A stretch of 64,000 bases of DNA, taken from the NCBI GenBank assembly GCA_963667665.2, contig OY763927.2, positions 704,001 to 768,000 of the forward strand, read 5' to 3'. Shown one piece after another: positions 17,935-28,097 of the stretch; position 1 is the stretch's first letter, and each line of letters begins with the position of its first letter. This stretch comes from Nitrosopumilus sp. (lineage in GTDB: Archaea > Thermoproteota > Nitrososphaeria > Nitrososphaerales > Nitrosopumilaceae). The notes under the pieces were generated by a model that saw only the letters and a list, made by a program, of their open reading frames with translations, searched no databases and had not been told where the DNA came from. A program made the translations under genes and the position numbers.

Positions 17935-19368
17935 TTATTCACCTTTCATCTCTATTTTGCTTCTAAATTCAGGCGTAATTCCAAGAGAATCATAATTACC
18001 TGAAGAGCATGTAAAACACATTGAATCTTTTTGTATACCGATAGCTGCTGCAAGGTTTTCAGCATCATTGTATCCCAAAAAGTCTGCACCAATGCTTTGT
18101 CTTACCATCTCAGTAGTTTCTTCTAGAGTCATCTCTTTTCCATCAGAAAATGTTGCAAGTTCTTCTTTTGATGGAAAGTCAATTCCAGCATAACATGGGA
18201 ATTTAATTGGAGGATATGTAATGACCATACTGATCTTTTTTGCACCTGCTCTTCTAAGTGCCTTAATGATTGCCTTGGAGCTTGTTCCTCTAACTAAACT
18301 ATCATCAATTACAACAACATGTTGACCCTCAATTATTTCTCTGATTGGAATAATCCATCGATTAATCTCTATTCTATCAGATTGATGAGGTTCAATGAAA
18401 CTTCGCAATGGACCTTTCTTGCTATATCTATCTTTGAGTAAGCCTTCATCAAAGGGAAGGCCAAGTTCCTGTGCATATCCTAATGCTGCAGGTCTTGCAG
18501 AGTCAGGTACAGGTATTACTAAATCAGCATCTTTAATTGGAAATTTCCTTGCTAAAAATTTACCAATATTTTTTCTTGCAACATAGATGTTAGTTCCTTC
18601 CATGTTACTTGATGGATGTGCAAAGTAAGTAAATTCAAAAGAACAATGTGCACGTGTAGGTTCATCAGAGAAACGTTCAGTCTCTAATCCGTTTTTGCTC
18701 AATCTAATTAATTCACCAGGATTTACATTTCGTTGCATTTCAGCCCCAACTGCAGATATTGCTGAAGATTCAGATGCAACAATGTATGTATTATCTATTT
18801 TTTTATGGCCTAAAACCATTGGGCGAAATCCTTTAGGATCACGGGCGGCATAAACAGAATTATCATCAGAGACAAATGTAAAACAATAAGAGCCAACCAT
18901 TTCATTTTTAAGAATTGAAAGTGCTTTTCCCATCTGACCGTTCTCAGAGATTAATGCAACTAGTCTTTGTGCTGCAACAAGTGTATCACTTGAGGTTTGT
19001 GGGGTAAATGAACAACCTCCAACAAGATTTGATAACTCCTGAACATTAGCAATTGTCCCATTATGTGCAATACAGAGATCTTTTACTTTGAGAGGTTGTG
19101 CGTTTTCAAGTGTACTTCGCCCCATTGTAGAATAACGTACATGTCCAATTACAGAAGGTGAAGCATATTCTTTTGTGATTGTTTTAAATTCTGATGATGC
19201 AGCAGAGACTAGTCCTAGTCTTTTTAGTGGAGGTTTATTTGGAATTGCAATTCCCCATGCTTCTTGACCTCTATGCTGGAGTGCTCTTAGAGCGTCAATT
19301 GCCATTGGTACCACATTAGTTCCACTTAGACTAAAAATTCCAACTACGCCACAATTTTCTTTAACCAT
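17935..19368 (-). CDS. purF: Amidophosphoribosyltransferase
   Basis: ENCGVVG, LQHRGQE, GHVRYST, HNG, PVPDS, VVIDDSLVRGTS. Confidence 0.97.
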   Translation of the reverse strand: MVKENCGVVGIFSLSGTNVVPMAIDALRALQHRGQEAWGIAIPNKPPLKRLGLVSAASSEFKTITKEYASPSVIGHVRYSTMGRSTLENAQPLKVKDLCIAHNGTIANVQELSNLVGGCSFTPQTSSDTLVAAQRLVALISENGQMGKALSILKNEMVGSYCFTFVSDDNSVYAARDPKGFRPMVLGHKKIDNTYIVASESSAISAVGAEMQRNVNPGELIRLSKNGLETERFSDEPTRAHCSFEFTYFAHPSSNMEGTNIYVARKNIGKFLARKFPIKDADLVIPVPDSARPAALGYAQELGLPFDEGLLKDRYSKKGPLRSFIEPHQSDRIEINRWIIPIREIIEGQHVVVIDDSLVRGTSSKAIIKALRRAGAKKISMVITYPPIKFPCYAGIDFPSKEELATFSDGKEMTLEETTEMVRQSIGADFLGYNDAENLAAAIGIQKDSMCFTCSSGNYDSLGITPEFRSKIEMKGE

Positions 19369-21526
19369 GAAGCACCAAGTCCTTTAACGAATTAAACCAA
19401 GTTTCATGCGCTTTATCAACTCTTAGATTTATGATTGATTTTGTTCCCTTTGTAAATTGAATTTTTTCTCCTTTAAACTGACCAATTATTTTGAATGAAA
19501 CTTTGCTCTTTTTGAGAATATCATCCAATTTTTTGAGATTTTTCTTCTCAATTACCAAAAGATACCTAGAATGACTTTCAGAAAATAAAATTCTACCAAC
19601 ATCTAATTTTTCACCAGGGACTTTATCCAATAAAATATTACAACCAATTTGGTTTGTCATACAAAGTTCAGATACTGCAACTGCTAAACCACCCTTTGAG
19701 CAATCATGTGCAGATTTTACAAGTTTATTTTGAATTACTTTTAATACAGTTTTCATATTTTTCTTTGATTCTACAAAGTTAACAGAAGGACATTTTCCTC
19801 CAATAAAGTTGTGAATGTATTCATAGTATTCAGAACCACCCATCTCATCTTTGGTATCTCCAATTATTACAAGAGAATCACCTTCTGTAATCTTTTGTGG
19901 AACAAGTGGAGTTTTGTCAATAAGCCCCAAGATACCAATTAATGGAGTTGGCTTTATTGGTCCTATTGGAGTTTCATTATACAAACTGACCTTGCCTCCA
20001 ATACAAGGAATTTTTGTATCATTAGCAAAATCAGTTAATCCCTTAAGAGATTCTAAAAATGTCCAAAATATTTCAGGATCTTTTGGATTTCCAAATTGAA
20101 GATGATCAAGCATTCCAATGGGTGTTGCTCCAGTACAAACAACATTTCTGCATGCTTCCTCAAAGCAACCTATTGCACCTTCTCTGGGATTAATGTAACA
20201 CTGTTTTGGATTTCCATCAATCTTTACAGAAAGGAATTTTCCATTATCTAATCGTAAAACAGATGCATCACATCCAGGTTTTATGACAGTTCGAATTCCA
20301 ACTTCATGATCATATTGTCCATAAACCCAAATTTTACTTGCGATATTTGGTGCTGCAAGTAATTTCATCATTGTTTTAGAATAATCAAAGATTGGTTTGA
20401 GTTTTTTTTCTTTTTCAATTGTTTTCAAATATACTGGCTTTTGTGATGGTAAATCAAGAAGAGTTGCATTTGCTACAACATCAGTTGGAAGATTTGCAAA
20501 TGTTTTTTTACCTTTTTTCACATGCATTTGCTTGTCTGATTTTACATGACCAATTACAGAACAAGTAATACGGAATTTTTTACAAATTTCTTTTAATTTT
20601 TTCAATTTAGTTTTATTTGTAATAATTAACATTCGTTCTTGTGACTCAGATACCATGATTTCTTCAGGATGCATATTTGATTCACGTGTATGAACCATGT
20701 CAACATCCATCTCGATCCCAACGCCTAATGCATCAGCTGTCTCTGAAACTGCACAAGATAATCCTCCTCCTCCAAGGTCTTTCATAGCATTGATTAATTT
20801 TTGATTTCTTGCCTCCAAAATTGCCTCTATGATTAATTTCTCAATGAATGGATCTGGAATTTGTACTGCAGAACGATCTTCGGATTCTAAAGAATCTGAA
20901 GCAAACTGAGAACCGCCCATTCCATCTCTTCCTGTAGAGCCTCCTAGTAATACAACCAAGTCACCTATCTTGGCATGATTTTTTATCAGATTCTTTTTTT
21001 TACCAAATCCTACTGCGGCCACATCAACTAATGCATAATTTTTATAACATTCATCAAACTCAACCTCTCCTCCAATGGTCGGAATACCTAAACAGTTTCC
21101 ATAATCAGCAATTCCAGTAACTGCATTTTTGAAAAGCCATCTAGCCTGTTGATCTTTTTCGATATTTCCAAAACGTAATCCGTTAAAGATTGCAATAGGT
21201 CGAGTACCTGCAGATAAGATATCTCTAATTACACCACCTACCCCAGTTGCAGCACCACCATATGGTTCAACAGCTGATGGATGATTATGACTTTCAATGT
21301 GTGCAGTTACAACATAACCATCACCAACATCCAAGACACCTGAATCATATCCTTTCTCGTGAATTACAAGCGGTCCTTTCATAGGTAGCATTTTAAGATG
21401 TTTTTTTGATGATTTGTAAGAACAATGCTCAGACCATTCTGCAGCTACAATTTGTAATTCAGTAGGAGTAGGTTCTCTACCAATTTTTGATTTTAATTCA
21501 GATAATTCTTGAGATTCAAGACTCAA
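19361..21526 (-). CDS. purL: Phosphoribosylformylglycinamidine synthase subunit PurL
   Basis: WSEHCSYKSS, ESHNHPS, DLGGGG, SESQERM, GGKVSLYNET. Confidence 0.97.
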   Translation of the reverse strand: MSLESQELSELKSKIGREPTPTELQIVAAEWSEHCSYKSSKKHLKMLPMKGPLVIHEKGYDSGVLDVGDGYVVTAHIESHNHPSAVEPYGGAATGVGGVIRDILSAGTRPIAIFNGLRFGNIEKDQQARWLFKNAVTGIADYGNCLGIPTIGGEVEFDECYKNYALVDVAAVGFGKKKNLIKNHAKIGDLVVLLGGSTGRDGMGGSQFASDSLESEDRSAVQIPDPFIEKLIIEAILEARNQKLINAMKDLGGGGLSCAVSETADALGVGIEMDVDMVHTRESNMHPEEIMVSESQERMLIITNKTKLKKLKEICKKFRITCSVIGHVKSDKQMHVKKGKKTFANLPTDVVANATLLDLPSQKPVYLKTIEKEKKLKPIFDYSKTMMKLLAAPNIASKIWVYGQYDHEVGIRTVIKPGCDASVLRLDNGKFLSVKIDGNPKQCYINPREGAIGCFEEACRNVVCTGATPIGMLDHLQFGNPKDPEIFWTFLESLKGLTDFANDTKIPCIGGKVSLYNETPIGPIKPTPLIGILGLIDKTPLVPQKITEGDSLVIIGDTKDEMGGSEYYEYIHNFIGGKCPSVNFVESKKNMKTVLKVIQNKLVKSAHDCSKGGLAVAVSELCMTNQIGCNILLDKVPGEKLDVGRILFSESHSRYLLVIEKKNLKKLDDILKKSKVSFKIIGQFKGEKIQFTKGTKSIINLRVDKAHETWFNSLKDLVLHG

Positions 21527-22203
21527 TTCTTAACACCCATTTTTACTAATAGAGATTCAAAGATAAGTGAAGAGGGTTTATGATCAATTGGATTAATTTC
21601 TGATTCAACTGCTCTTTCTGGATGAGGCATCATGCCGACAACATTACCATCTTCATTACATACACCTGCAATTCTGTTTGAAGAACCATTTACAACTTGA
21701 CTATATCTAAAAACAATTTGATTTTTTTTCTTTAATTGTTTCAGAATGTCATCATCAACATAATATCGTCCCTCACCATTTGCGATAGGTATTGGAATTC
21801 TTGCATGTAATTTGAATTGGTTTGTAAAGGGGGTTTTATTATTTTCAACAATCAGATTTGTCCACTCACACATAAAATTTAGAGATTCATTTTTGAGTAA
21901 AACGCCAGGAAGTAATCCAGATTCTACAAGTATTTGAAATCCATTACATACACCTAAAATTGGAATTCCTTTTTCTGCCATCTTTTGTACATCTTTAATA
22001 ATTGGACTGTGAGCAGCAATTATTCCTGCTCTAAGTCTATCCCCATAAGAGAACCCACCGGGAAGAATTATGGCATCAATATTTTTTGGAAGGCTCTTTT
22101 CATGCCAATAATATTGGGCATTAAGATTAAAGACATCAGATAATACATGATACATATCACGATCACAATTACTACCAGGAAAAACTACAACCCCGACTTT
22201 CAC
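21523..22203 (-). CDS. purQ: FGAM synthase glutaminase subunit PurQ
   Basis: FPGSNCD, PGGFSYGD, GVCNGFQ, GMMPHPER. Confidence 0.97.
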   Translation of the reverse strand: MKVGVVVFPGSNCDRDMYHVLSDVFNLNAQYYWHEKSLPKNIDAIILPGGFSYGDRLRAGIIAAHSPIIKDVQKMAEKGIPILGVCNGFQILVESGLLPGVLLKNESLNFMCEWTNLIVENNKTPFTNQFKLHARIPIPIANGEGRYYVDDDILKQLKKKNQIVFRYSQVVNGSSNRIAGVCNEDGNVVGMMPHPERAVESEINPIDHKPSSLIFESLLVKMGVKN

Positions 22204-22252
22204 AATTGTATGTACATTAAGCGATATTTAATTGGAATCTAATCTAAAAATT

Positions 22253-22513
22253 CTAAGCATCAAAAATATCAATAGTAACTTTGCTCACCATAGGATTGTA
22301 TATTCGGAGTTCATCACAGATCTCTTGTACCTTTGATTGAGCAGTTTTCTTATCTTTTTCTTTGATTGTAAATTTTAGCATCTTAGCAGTCTTGATATTT
22401 GAAACTGTTTTATGGGTTCCTTTTAGAACTAGATCATTTAGAATTGTATCCCCTTCAGGATCACTGATGCCAGGTTTGTTTTCAATGGTTACATTAACAG
22501 TAAAAGTCGTCAT
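22253..22513 (-). CDS. purS: FGAM synthase subunit PurS
   Basis: KPGISDPEG...NP; adjacent to purQ. Confidence 0.93.
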   Translation of the reverse strand: MTTFTVNVTIENKPGISDPEGDTILNDLVLKGTHKTVSNIKTAKMLKFTIKEKDKKTAQSKVQEICDELRIYNPMVSKVTIDIFDA

Positions 22514-22647
22514 TAATGAATTTCAAATTTAAATCGAGATTAATTTATCTTCCGAATAATTTTCTATATTTATACCCATTTGGAAAGATATGACATGAAT
22601 TCTAATTAGAAATAGTACTACTCCATAAATTATTTTTTTTTATTGTA

Positions 22648-22803
22648 TTATGCTCGGACTCTTTTAAGACCCTCACTCACAACTAGATTTACTACATGTG
22701 AGAAGCTAACAGATTTCGGAGAAGTTTTAATCATTTTTGCTTGGATGTTTCGAAGTTTTTCAACGTTTGTAGAATTCAATACAATAGTTATTCTCTCGCC
22801 CAT
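22648..22803 (-). CDS. Small ribbon-helix-helix-like protein (51 aa)
   Basis: Manual translation MGERITIVLNSTNVEKLRNIQAKMIKTSPKSVSFSHVVNLVVSEGLKRVRA*. Confidence 0.7.
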   Translation of the reverse strand: MGERITIVLNSTNVEKLRNIQAKMIKTSPKSVSFSHVVNLVVSEGLKRVRA

Positions 22804-22963
22804 AAATCGACTATGTCTATTTCATATAAAAGGAGATTCATAACATACAGATGTTTAGAGGATTTTTCCCTTTTTTTATTTGTCTTTTCTAAAATCTGTG
22901 GATTTTTGCTCAAGTAACATACAGTATTGGAATTTATAATAGAATATTTTACCACATGATATA

Positions 22964-23425
22964 ATGGGTAGATCAAGATATTGGAAGATCACATCAGATG
23001 AGATGGATGGTTTTAGTTATGATGAAAGTAAATTACTAAACTGGGAAATTAAATGTATTAGAGAACCAGAAGTGGAGAATATCTTTATCGGTGTTTTCAT
23101 GTACAGACATGGTACTGCATATGATTATGAATCAGTAAAGGGAATCTGTTTCTATTACAACAATATTGTTAGAGAAGAAGTCCCAAAAATCACAAATTTT
23201 CTGAAAGGAAAATTTGATGGTAAGGAGATGGAAAAAGGAGAAAGGATTTTCCTTAAAGACTCAAGAGAAATCTATTCCGGCAAAGACATTGGAGACCTGG
23301 CAAAAGAGATGGAATCAAAATTCAATACAAAGGCCATAGTTTCTTTAGAATTTGAGGATTTAACAGCTGAAGAACTCAAAGAAGCAGGACTGCCAGAAGC
23401 AAAGCTCTTACCAATTCCCACATAA
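22964..23425 (+). CDS. Hypothetical protein
   Basis: 153-aa ORF, normal composition, upstream of tatC. Confidence 0.7.
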   Translation: MGRSRYWKITSDEMDGFSYDESKLLNWEIKCIREPEVENIFIGVFMYRHGTAYDYESVKGICFYYNNIVREEVPKITNFLKGKFDGKEMEKGERIFLKDSREIYSGKDIGDLAKEMESKFNTKAIVSLEFEDLTAEELKEAGLPEAKLLPIPT

Positions 23426-23455
23426 TTGATATAGCTTATAACACAAAGGTATTAG

Positions 23456-24247
23456 ATGTCAGAGCTAGACGGAATTAATCGTCACCTCGAAGAATTAAGA
23501 AAAAGACTACTTAGAATTGTACTAGTTATTGGTATTATTACCGCATTTATTTTATTTTTTCATGCAGAACCATTTCAAGTAGGAGAAATTACATTATACT
23601 ATCCAATACCCGAACCATTAGACAACATTGCAGCACAAATTACTAACCATATGAAATTCAATCTTGTGCCAGAAGATGTTCAGTTAATTCAAACAGCCCC
23701 AGGACAAGCTTTCTTTGCTCAAATATACATTGCAGCACTAGTAGGTGTTGTAGTTGGAATGCCAATTATTATCAGGGAGTTAGTTGGATTCATCAAGCCA
23801 GCACTAAAAGAAAATGAAATCAATGTTAGTAGGAGTATTTCACTTCCAGCACTAGGTCTATTTATTACAGGTTGTATATTTTCTTACAATTTTGTAATTC
23901 CATATATTTTAGAATTTTTGTACAGGTATGGTGAATCAGCTGGACTTTTAACTTTTCTAAATGTTATGGATTTTGTTACTTTTGTTTTACAATTTTTGTT
24001 GGCATTTGGGTTTTCATTTCAGCTTCCACTTGTAATGTATGCAATATCTGCATCAGGTATGGTTGATTCAGACTTTTGGAGAAAGAATATTAGATATGCA
24101 ATTGTTGCAATTGTAATTTTTGGTGCAGTAATTACACCAGATGGAAGCGGTGTAACAATGTGGTTTATTGCAATTCCAATGATCATTCTTTATGTAGCAG
24201 GCATGATAGTCATTGAGCGTAAAGAACGCAAAAAGTTGAACACTTAA
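23456..24247 (+). CDS. tatC: Twin-arginine translocase subunit TatC
   Basis: HLEELRKRL, FIKPALKENE, FQLP, ITPDG. Confidence 0.95.
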   Translation: MSELDGINRHLEELRKRLLRIVLVIGIITAFILFFHAEPFQVGEITLYYPIPEPLDNIAAQITNHMKFNLVPEDVQLIQTAPGQAFFAQIYIAALVGVVVGMPIIIRELVGFIKPALKENEINVSRSISLPALGLFITGCIFSYNFVIPYILEFLYRYGESAGLLTFLNVMDFVTFVLQFLLAFGFSFQLPLVMYAISASGMVDSDFWRKNIRYAIVAIVIFGAVITPDGSGVTMWFIAIPMIILYVAGMIVIERKERKKLNT

Positions 24248-24273
24248 ATCTAAAATCAATAAATTTATTCAAT

Positions 24274-24480
24274 ATGCTTGGAAGTACTGAGATCATCGTA
24301 TTAGTTGTAGTAATCGGTGTGTTAATTTTTGGAGCAAAAAAGATTCCAGAACTTGCAAAAACATTTGGTAAGGCCAAAGGAGAATTTGAGAAAGGAAAGA
24401 TCCAAGGAGACAAAGAACTCAAAGACTTCAAAGGAGAAATAGACAACATTACCAAAGACAAAGAAGTAAAATCAGACTAG
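24274..24480 (+). CDS. tatA: Twin-arginine translocase subunit TatA
   Basis: E...LIFGAKKIPELAKTFGKAKGEF. Confidence 0.95.
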   Translation: MLGSTEIIVLVVVIGVLIFGAKKIPELAKTFGKAKGEFEKGKIQGDKELKDFKGEIDNITKDKEVKSD

Positions 24481-24905
24481 TTTTCAGCAATTTTTGCAAA
24501 ATCATCTAAAATTTTAGCATAATCTTGTTCAAACTTGTTTTTCCCAAACATGCTTGACATCTTCATTTTACCTTTTAATTTCAAATCCACATCAACGATA
24601 ATTTTTGTTCCTTCTGAAACTTCAATGAATTGTTGTTTGATGTAACTTCCCTTGATATCACCACCAATAACAAAAACCTCATGTAAGACTGGTTCAGTAG
24701 TAACATGTTTTGCCATAATTACTAGTTCCAAATCTCCAAGATTCATGTGCTCTTCCACCACAGAAATATTTCCTCGAACGGAGCGAACTCGTATAGATGG
24801 AAAGTGTTGAGGAATTAATTTCTGATAGTTTTTATAATTTGACAGTTTTTCATAAACAATTTCTCTTTTTGCATAAACTATTTTTTCTAAAGAAAACTTT
24901 GTCAA
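24477..24905 (-). CDS. SRPBCC / polyketide cyclase-like protein
   Basis: AKREIVYEKLSNYKNYQKLIP START-fold N-terminus. Confidence 0.8.
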   Translation of the reverse strand: MTKFSLEKIVYAKREIVYEKLSNYKNYQKLIPQHFPSIRVRSVRGNISVVEEHMNLGDLELVIMAKHVTTEPVLHEVFVIGGDIKGSYIKQQFIEVSEGTKIIVDVDLKLKGKMKMSSMFGKNKFEQDYAKILDDFAKIAEN

Positions 24906-24912
24906 CTTTAAT

Positions 24913-25470
24913 TTAGAAAGTGCCCCATCGAGGGTATAAATCGTGCTCTAAGTTAAACTGGTCCAAACACTTTCCCACCCCATGATTAACAATATCATCA
25001 ATGGATTTGGGTTTTGTATAAAATTCGGTCACAGGTGGTAAAATTACAACTCCTAATCTTGATAACTTTAACATGTTTTCTAAATGAATTGCAGAAAGGG
25101 GGGTTTCTCTTGCCATTAAAATTAGTTTTCTTGATTCCTTTATTGTAACACCAGCTGCTCTTGCAATTAATGTTTCATCATATCCATTTGCAATTGCAGA
25201 CAATGTTTTCATGCTACATGGTGCAATAATCATTCCATCAACTCTGTGTGTTCCACTGGAAACACTTGATGCCATGTTTTTTTCATTAGAAATGCTTGTT
25301 GCAAGAGATTTTACATAATCTGTTGTATATTCAGTCTCCATGGAAATACATTTTTCAGCCCACTCAGACATTATTAGATGAGTTTTAACGTCCAGTTTTT
25401 TGAGTGTCTCAAGCATTCTGATTCCATAAATTACTCCTGTGCTGCCAGTGATGCCAATAATTAATTTCAA
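24913..25470 (-). CDS. ubiX: Flavin prenyltransferase UbiX
   Basis: GITGSTG, SSG, APCSMKTL, RETPL, FYTKP. Confidence 0.95.
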   Translation of the reverse strand: MKLIIGITGSTGVIYGIRMLETLKKLDVKTHLIMSEWAEKCISMETEYTTDYVKSLATSISNEKNMASSVSSGTHRVDGMIIAPCSMKTLSAIANGYDETLIARAAGVTIKESRKLILMARETPLSAIHLENMLKLSRLGVVILPPVTEFYTKPKSIDDIVNHGVGKCLDQFNLEHDLYPRWGTF

Positions 25471-25527
25471 TAATTATTATTGAGAACTATAGTATTTTAT
25501 GTATTAGATATTCGAGATTATTTAGTA

Positions 25528-25674
25528 CTAAAGATTTTCTGCCTCATCATTTTCCGCAGATTCATCTAACTCTTTTTGCACTTTTCTTCGTTTAAACCAC
25601 AAATAGATTCCAACTGCTGCCATTACAGGTAGTAAAATTGCACCTACCATCTGTAACTCAAAATTATAAAACAT
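25528..25674 (-). CDS. Small single-TM protein (48 aa)
   Basis: MFYNFELQMVGAILLPVMAAVGIYLWFKRRKVQKELDESAENDEAENL*; TM helix followed by a positive-inside cluster. Confidence 0.6.
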   Translation of the reverse strand: MFYNFELQMVGAILLPVMAAVGIYLWFKRRKVQKELDESAENDEAENL

Positions 25675-25771
25675 ATCTAAAATCAGATATTCACTAAAAA
25701 AAATCTTGTGATCTACGCCTATTAGATTAATTGAAAATTAGCTATATTAGATCCCCCAATCTAAGAAGATT

Positions 25772-26863
25772 ATGATTAAGAGTTCTGAGATAAAGAAGAT
25801 AGTAAATGATTATTCAGATGTCAGAATAGGAGTTCTTGGTAGTCACTCTGCACTTGAAGTGATGGATGGTGCAAAAGATGAGAACTTTCAGACTAGTGTT
25901 TTTTGTCAAAAAGGTAGAGAAGTACCTTATCAAAGATTTTCACGAATTGCTGATGAAATCATAGTATTAGATAAATTCAAAGACATGGCTTCAGCCAAAA
26001 TTCAGAAAAAATTACGTGAATCAAATACAATCATAGTTCCACATAGATCACTTACCGTATATCTGGGATACAAAACAATAGAGAACACATTCAAAGTACC
26101 GATTTTTGGAAATCGAAGACTATTCCAAGCAGAAGAAAGGACTGCAAAGAAAGGGCAATACCATCTTTTAGAGAAAGCTAGAATAAAATATCCAAAATTA
26201 TTCAAAGACCCAAAAAGAATCAACAAACCATGTATCATAAAGGTTCAAGAAAAAAATAGACCACTAGAAAGAGCATTCTTTACAGTTTCATCATACAAGG
26301 ACTACAAAGAACAATCAGAGTTAAAAATCAAACAGGGAATAATCGCAAGAAAGGATCTAGAAAAATCAAGCATTGAAGAATTAGTAATAGGAACATACAT
26401 GAATTTCAACTTCTTTCATACACCAATTTCAGACCAAGTTGATTTTATTGGAATCGAAAGAAGATTACAAACAAACATCCATGATTTTAATGCACTTCCT
26501 GCAAAACAACAACTTGAAATTGACATAGATTTGCAAAATATCGAAGTAGGCCATACACCTGCAAGTATCAGAGAATCATTACTTGAAAAAGTAATAAAAA
26601 TGGGAGACAAGTTTGTAGCAGCTGTCAAAAAAGAATATGCCCCAGGAATAATTGGACCATTTTCACTTCAAAGTGTGATTACAAAAGATTTAGAATTAAT
26701 AGTATATGATGTATCTTTACGTGTTCCTGGAAATCCAATAGTAGCAACCACAAGCCCCTACACAAAGTACCAATATGGTAAGACCTTTGGAGTGGGAAGA
26801 AGAATAGCAATGGAGATTAAACGAGCCCAGGAAGAAGATAGACTTGATGAAATAGTGACATAA
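25772..26863 (+). CDS. purP: Formate-dependent FAICAR synthetase (PurP family, ATP-grasp)
   Basis: GSHSAL, GAKDE, PIFGNR, EVGHTPASIRESLLE, GRRIAMEI. Confidence 0.92.
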   Translation: MIKSSEIKKIVNDYSDVRIGVLGSHSALEVMDGAKDENFQTSVFCQKGREVPYQRFSRIADEIIVLDKFKDMASAKIQKKLRESNTIIVPHRSLTVYLGYKTIENTFKVPIFGNRRLFQAEERTAKKGQYHLLEKARIKYPKLFKDPKRINKPCIIKVQEKNRPLERAFFTVSSYKDYKEQSELKIKQGIIARKDLEKSSIEELVIGTYMNFNFFHTPISDQVDFIGIERRLQTNIHDFNALPAKQQLEIDIDLQNIEVGHTPASIRESLLEKVIKMGDKFVAAVKKEYAPGIIGPFSLQSVITKDLELIVYDVSLRVPGNPIVATTSPYTKYQYGKTFGVGRRIAMEIKRAQEEDRLDEIVT

Positions 26864-26904
26864 AAAAATCCAAAAATATATTTCCAGTAAAAATCACAGA
26901 TTTT

Positions 26905-27005
26905 TGTTAATTGGTTAGAATGGAAATACGTTGAATACCTTTCGTACCGGACTGAATGATTAAAGCGGTTTGACATTCAAGAAAGTATGCTGATACCAAT
27001 TAACA
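26905..27005. ncRNA. Candidate structured intergenic RNA
   Basis: 11-bp perfect terminal stem TGTTAATTGGT/ACCAATTAACA; inner hairpin TGAATG...CATTCA; CTGA boxes. Confidence 0.4.
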
Positions 27006-27125
27006 TTACAAACTCTTCGTTTAGATAGATATTCAATAAAAAAAATTGAACAACCACTCCCAAAAGTGGGAAATATCATATTTTCATATATTTATATTCA
27101 AAAAAAATATGATTAATGAAGAATA

Positions 27126-27266
27126 ATGGAAAAAGACCCGGGAAAGGAATATCGAGAAGAAATGCAAGAAGTAATGTTAGAATTAAAAATAAAGACAGAT
27201 AAATTCATGAAAAAACTAAAAGATGCAAATAGAGAGGGCAAAGTCAATTACGGTGTAATCAAATAG
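27126..27266 (+). CDS. Small hypothetical protein (46 aa)
   Basis: MEKDPGKEYREEMQEVMLELKIKTDKFMKKLKDANREGKVNYGVIK*. Confidence 0.45.
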   Translation: MEKDPGKEYREEMQEVMLELKIKTDKFMKKLKDANREGKVNYGVIK

Positions 27267-27307
27267 ATATTCGTAAACTATTTTTTGCCAATCATTATAA
27301 AAAAATT

Positions 27308-27568
27308 ATGGGAAGAACCATCTTCATCAAAGAGATCATCACAATAGTAAAAGAGCCTAGACTTTGTCCTACTTGTGAGAAAGAAGATAGATTAGAGAAA
27401 GATGTAGTTAGAGAAGAAAGATCCGGTGGAAAGACAATTCTTTGTTCTCGATGTGAGGCATTAATTATAATTACAAATCACAATCTTAGACAAGTAGAAT
27501 TATCATCAATCAGAGATGACACTATAATGCTAAAAGAACCTCACTTGATCAGAAAGGTCTGTTATTGA
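27308..27568 (+). CDS. Zinc-ribbon hypothetical protein
   Basis: CPTC...CSRC. Confidence 0.75.
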   Translation: MGRTIFIKEIITIVKEPRLCPTCEKEDRLEKDVVREERSGGKTILCSRCEALIIITNHNLRQVELSSIRDDTIMLKEPHLIRKVCY

Positions 27569-27942
27569 TTATTAGATTTTCTTCTAATAGGTTTCTTTGC
27601 GGTTGGTTTTTTAACAGTGAATTTTTTGTTTGATAATCTTTTCCTAATTTGATTTGCTGCACTATCTGGAGCTAACCGTGTTGATAGTAATCCTTTCTTA
27701 TCTTCAAGAAGCATCGTAATTATACGAGGTCTAATACACCTTGCAACTTCCCATTCACGTAAATTTGCATTCTTTGATTCTTCTTTGATTATTAGTCCTG
27801 CCAATCCATCACTCCAAATATGTCGTTTCGTATCATAGACTTCGATTATTTTTCCATGTTTAGTGATTTTGATTGCGCCGTGACATCTTTGAATCACCTG
27901 TTCGGCTACACTTTGATAGATTTTTTCAAGATTTGCCAACAA
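27562..27942 (-). CDS. Hypothetical protein with basic C-terminal tail
   Basis: 126-aa ORF, K/R-rich end. Confidence 0.65.
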   Translation of the reverse strand: MLANLEKIYQSVAEQVIQRCHGAIKITKHGKIIEVYDTKRHIWSDGLAGLIIKEESKNANLREWEVARCIRPRIITMLLEDKKGLLSTRLAPDSAANQIRKRLSNKKFTVKKPTAKKPIRRKSNNQ

Positions 27943-28021
27943 TGTAATGAAATTTCATCATGTGAAAAAGGTTCGGATTTTTAGATTAAATGATAATATA
28001 TTCTAGGGAAGATGAGAAAAA

Positions 28022-28088
28022 ATGCTGATGATTAATCAACCTCTAAGCTATAACTGATAGATGATGAATTTGCCGAATTATGAAGCAT
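28022..28088 (+). ncRNA. Box C/D guide sRNA (candidate)
   Basis: ATGC stem, (C)TGATGA C box, CTGA D' at 28054, ATGATGA C' at 28061, 12-nt guide ATTTGCCGAATT, ATGA D-like box, GCAT stem; TATA-like AATATATT about 25 nt upstream. Confidence 0.65.
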
Positions 28089-28097
28089 ATAATAAAA

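Noticed and set aside
26952-26990. Hammerhead ribozyme (CTGAATGA...GAAA)
   Set aside because: The core has an extra base relative to CUGANGA, and stems I/III with a UH site could not be built.
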